NCBI GenBank assembly: GCA_036785375.1
Contig: JAWMAR010000110.1
Span: 5,828,001-5,892,000, forward strand
From: Leucoraja ocellata
Taxonomy: Eukaryota
DNA: 64,000 bases
Direction: 5' to 3'
In this document: one piece after another, positions 63,540 to 64,000 of the stretch
Layout: every line of letters begins with the position of its first letter
Position numbering within the stretch: position 1 is the first letter of the stretch
Position numbers and translations under genes: made by a program
Notes under the pieces: model-generated
The model's input: the letters and a program-made list of their open reading frames with translations, nothing else
Told to the model about the DNA's origin: nothing
Database searches by the model: none

Positions 63540-64000
63540 GATATAACCATATAACAATTACAGCACGGAAACAGGCCATCTTGGCCCTACAAGTCCATGC
63601 CGAACAAATTTTTTTCCCCTTAGTCCCACCTGCCTGCACTCGTACCATAACCCTCCATTCCCTTCTCATCCATATGCCTATCCAATTTATTTTTAAATGA
63701 TACCAATGAACCTGCCTCCACCACTTCCACTGGGAGCTCATTCCACACCGCCACCACTCTCTGCGTAAAGAAGTTCCCCCTCATATTACCCCTAAACTTC
63801 TGTCCCTTAATTCTGAAGTCATGTCCTCTTGTTTGAATCTTCCCTATTCTCAAAGGGAAAAGCTTGTCCACATCAACTCTGTCTATCCCTCTCATCATTT
63901 TAAAGACCTCTATCAGGTCCCCCCTTAACCTTCTGCGCTCCAAAGAATAAAGCCCTAACTTGTTCAACCTTTCTCTGTAACTTAGTTGCTGAAACCCAGG
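63540..64000 (-). mobile_element. CR1 3' fragment running off the window
   Basis: LGLYSLERRRLRGDLIEVFK...TRGH...FFTQRVVAVWNELP. Confidence 0.92.

Overview
Eukaryotic vertebrate DNA, most likely a cartilaginous fish (skate/ray-like), judged from the repeat set (HE1/V-SINE-like SINEs, CR1, Penelope tails). No prokaryotic operons or CRISPR arrays are present. Two spliced genes lie on the minus strand in the conserved vertebrate order ME2 -> ELAC1: the last 9 coding exons of mitochondrial NAD(P)-dependent malic enzyme ME2 (62897 to stop at 32923; 5' exons lie beyond the window) and the complete 3-exon ELAC1 / tRNase Z short-form CDS (18031-13548, 365 aa). The rest is mostly nested transposable elements: a near full-length L1 with a 12-bp TSD, an internally deleted Gypsy LTR element (211-bp LTRs, tRNA-Trp PBS, ACAG TSD), a Passport-like Tc1, two Penelope elements, non-autonomous Helitrons, several MITEs, and CR1/Rex1/SINE fragments. 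Most notable observations: (1) two apparent P-element-type excision footprints at the ELAC1 promoter/5' UTR; (2) many dispersed Penelope-derived tails carrying minimal hammerhead-ribozyme motifs, often as head-to-head palindromes; (3) a ~160-bp inverted repeat tightly bracketing a frame-shifting 98-nt ME2 exon; (4) an inverted pair of degenerate histone H1-like fragments inside a pogo/Tigger-like MITE. All calls were made by eye; comparisons to human proteins and TE families rely on recalled sequences, not database searches.
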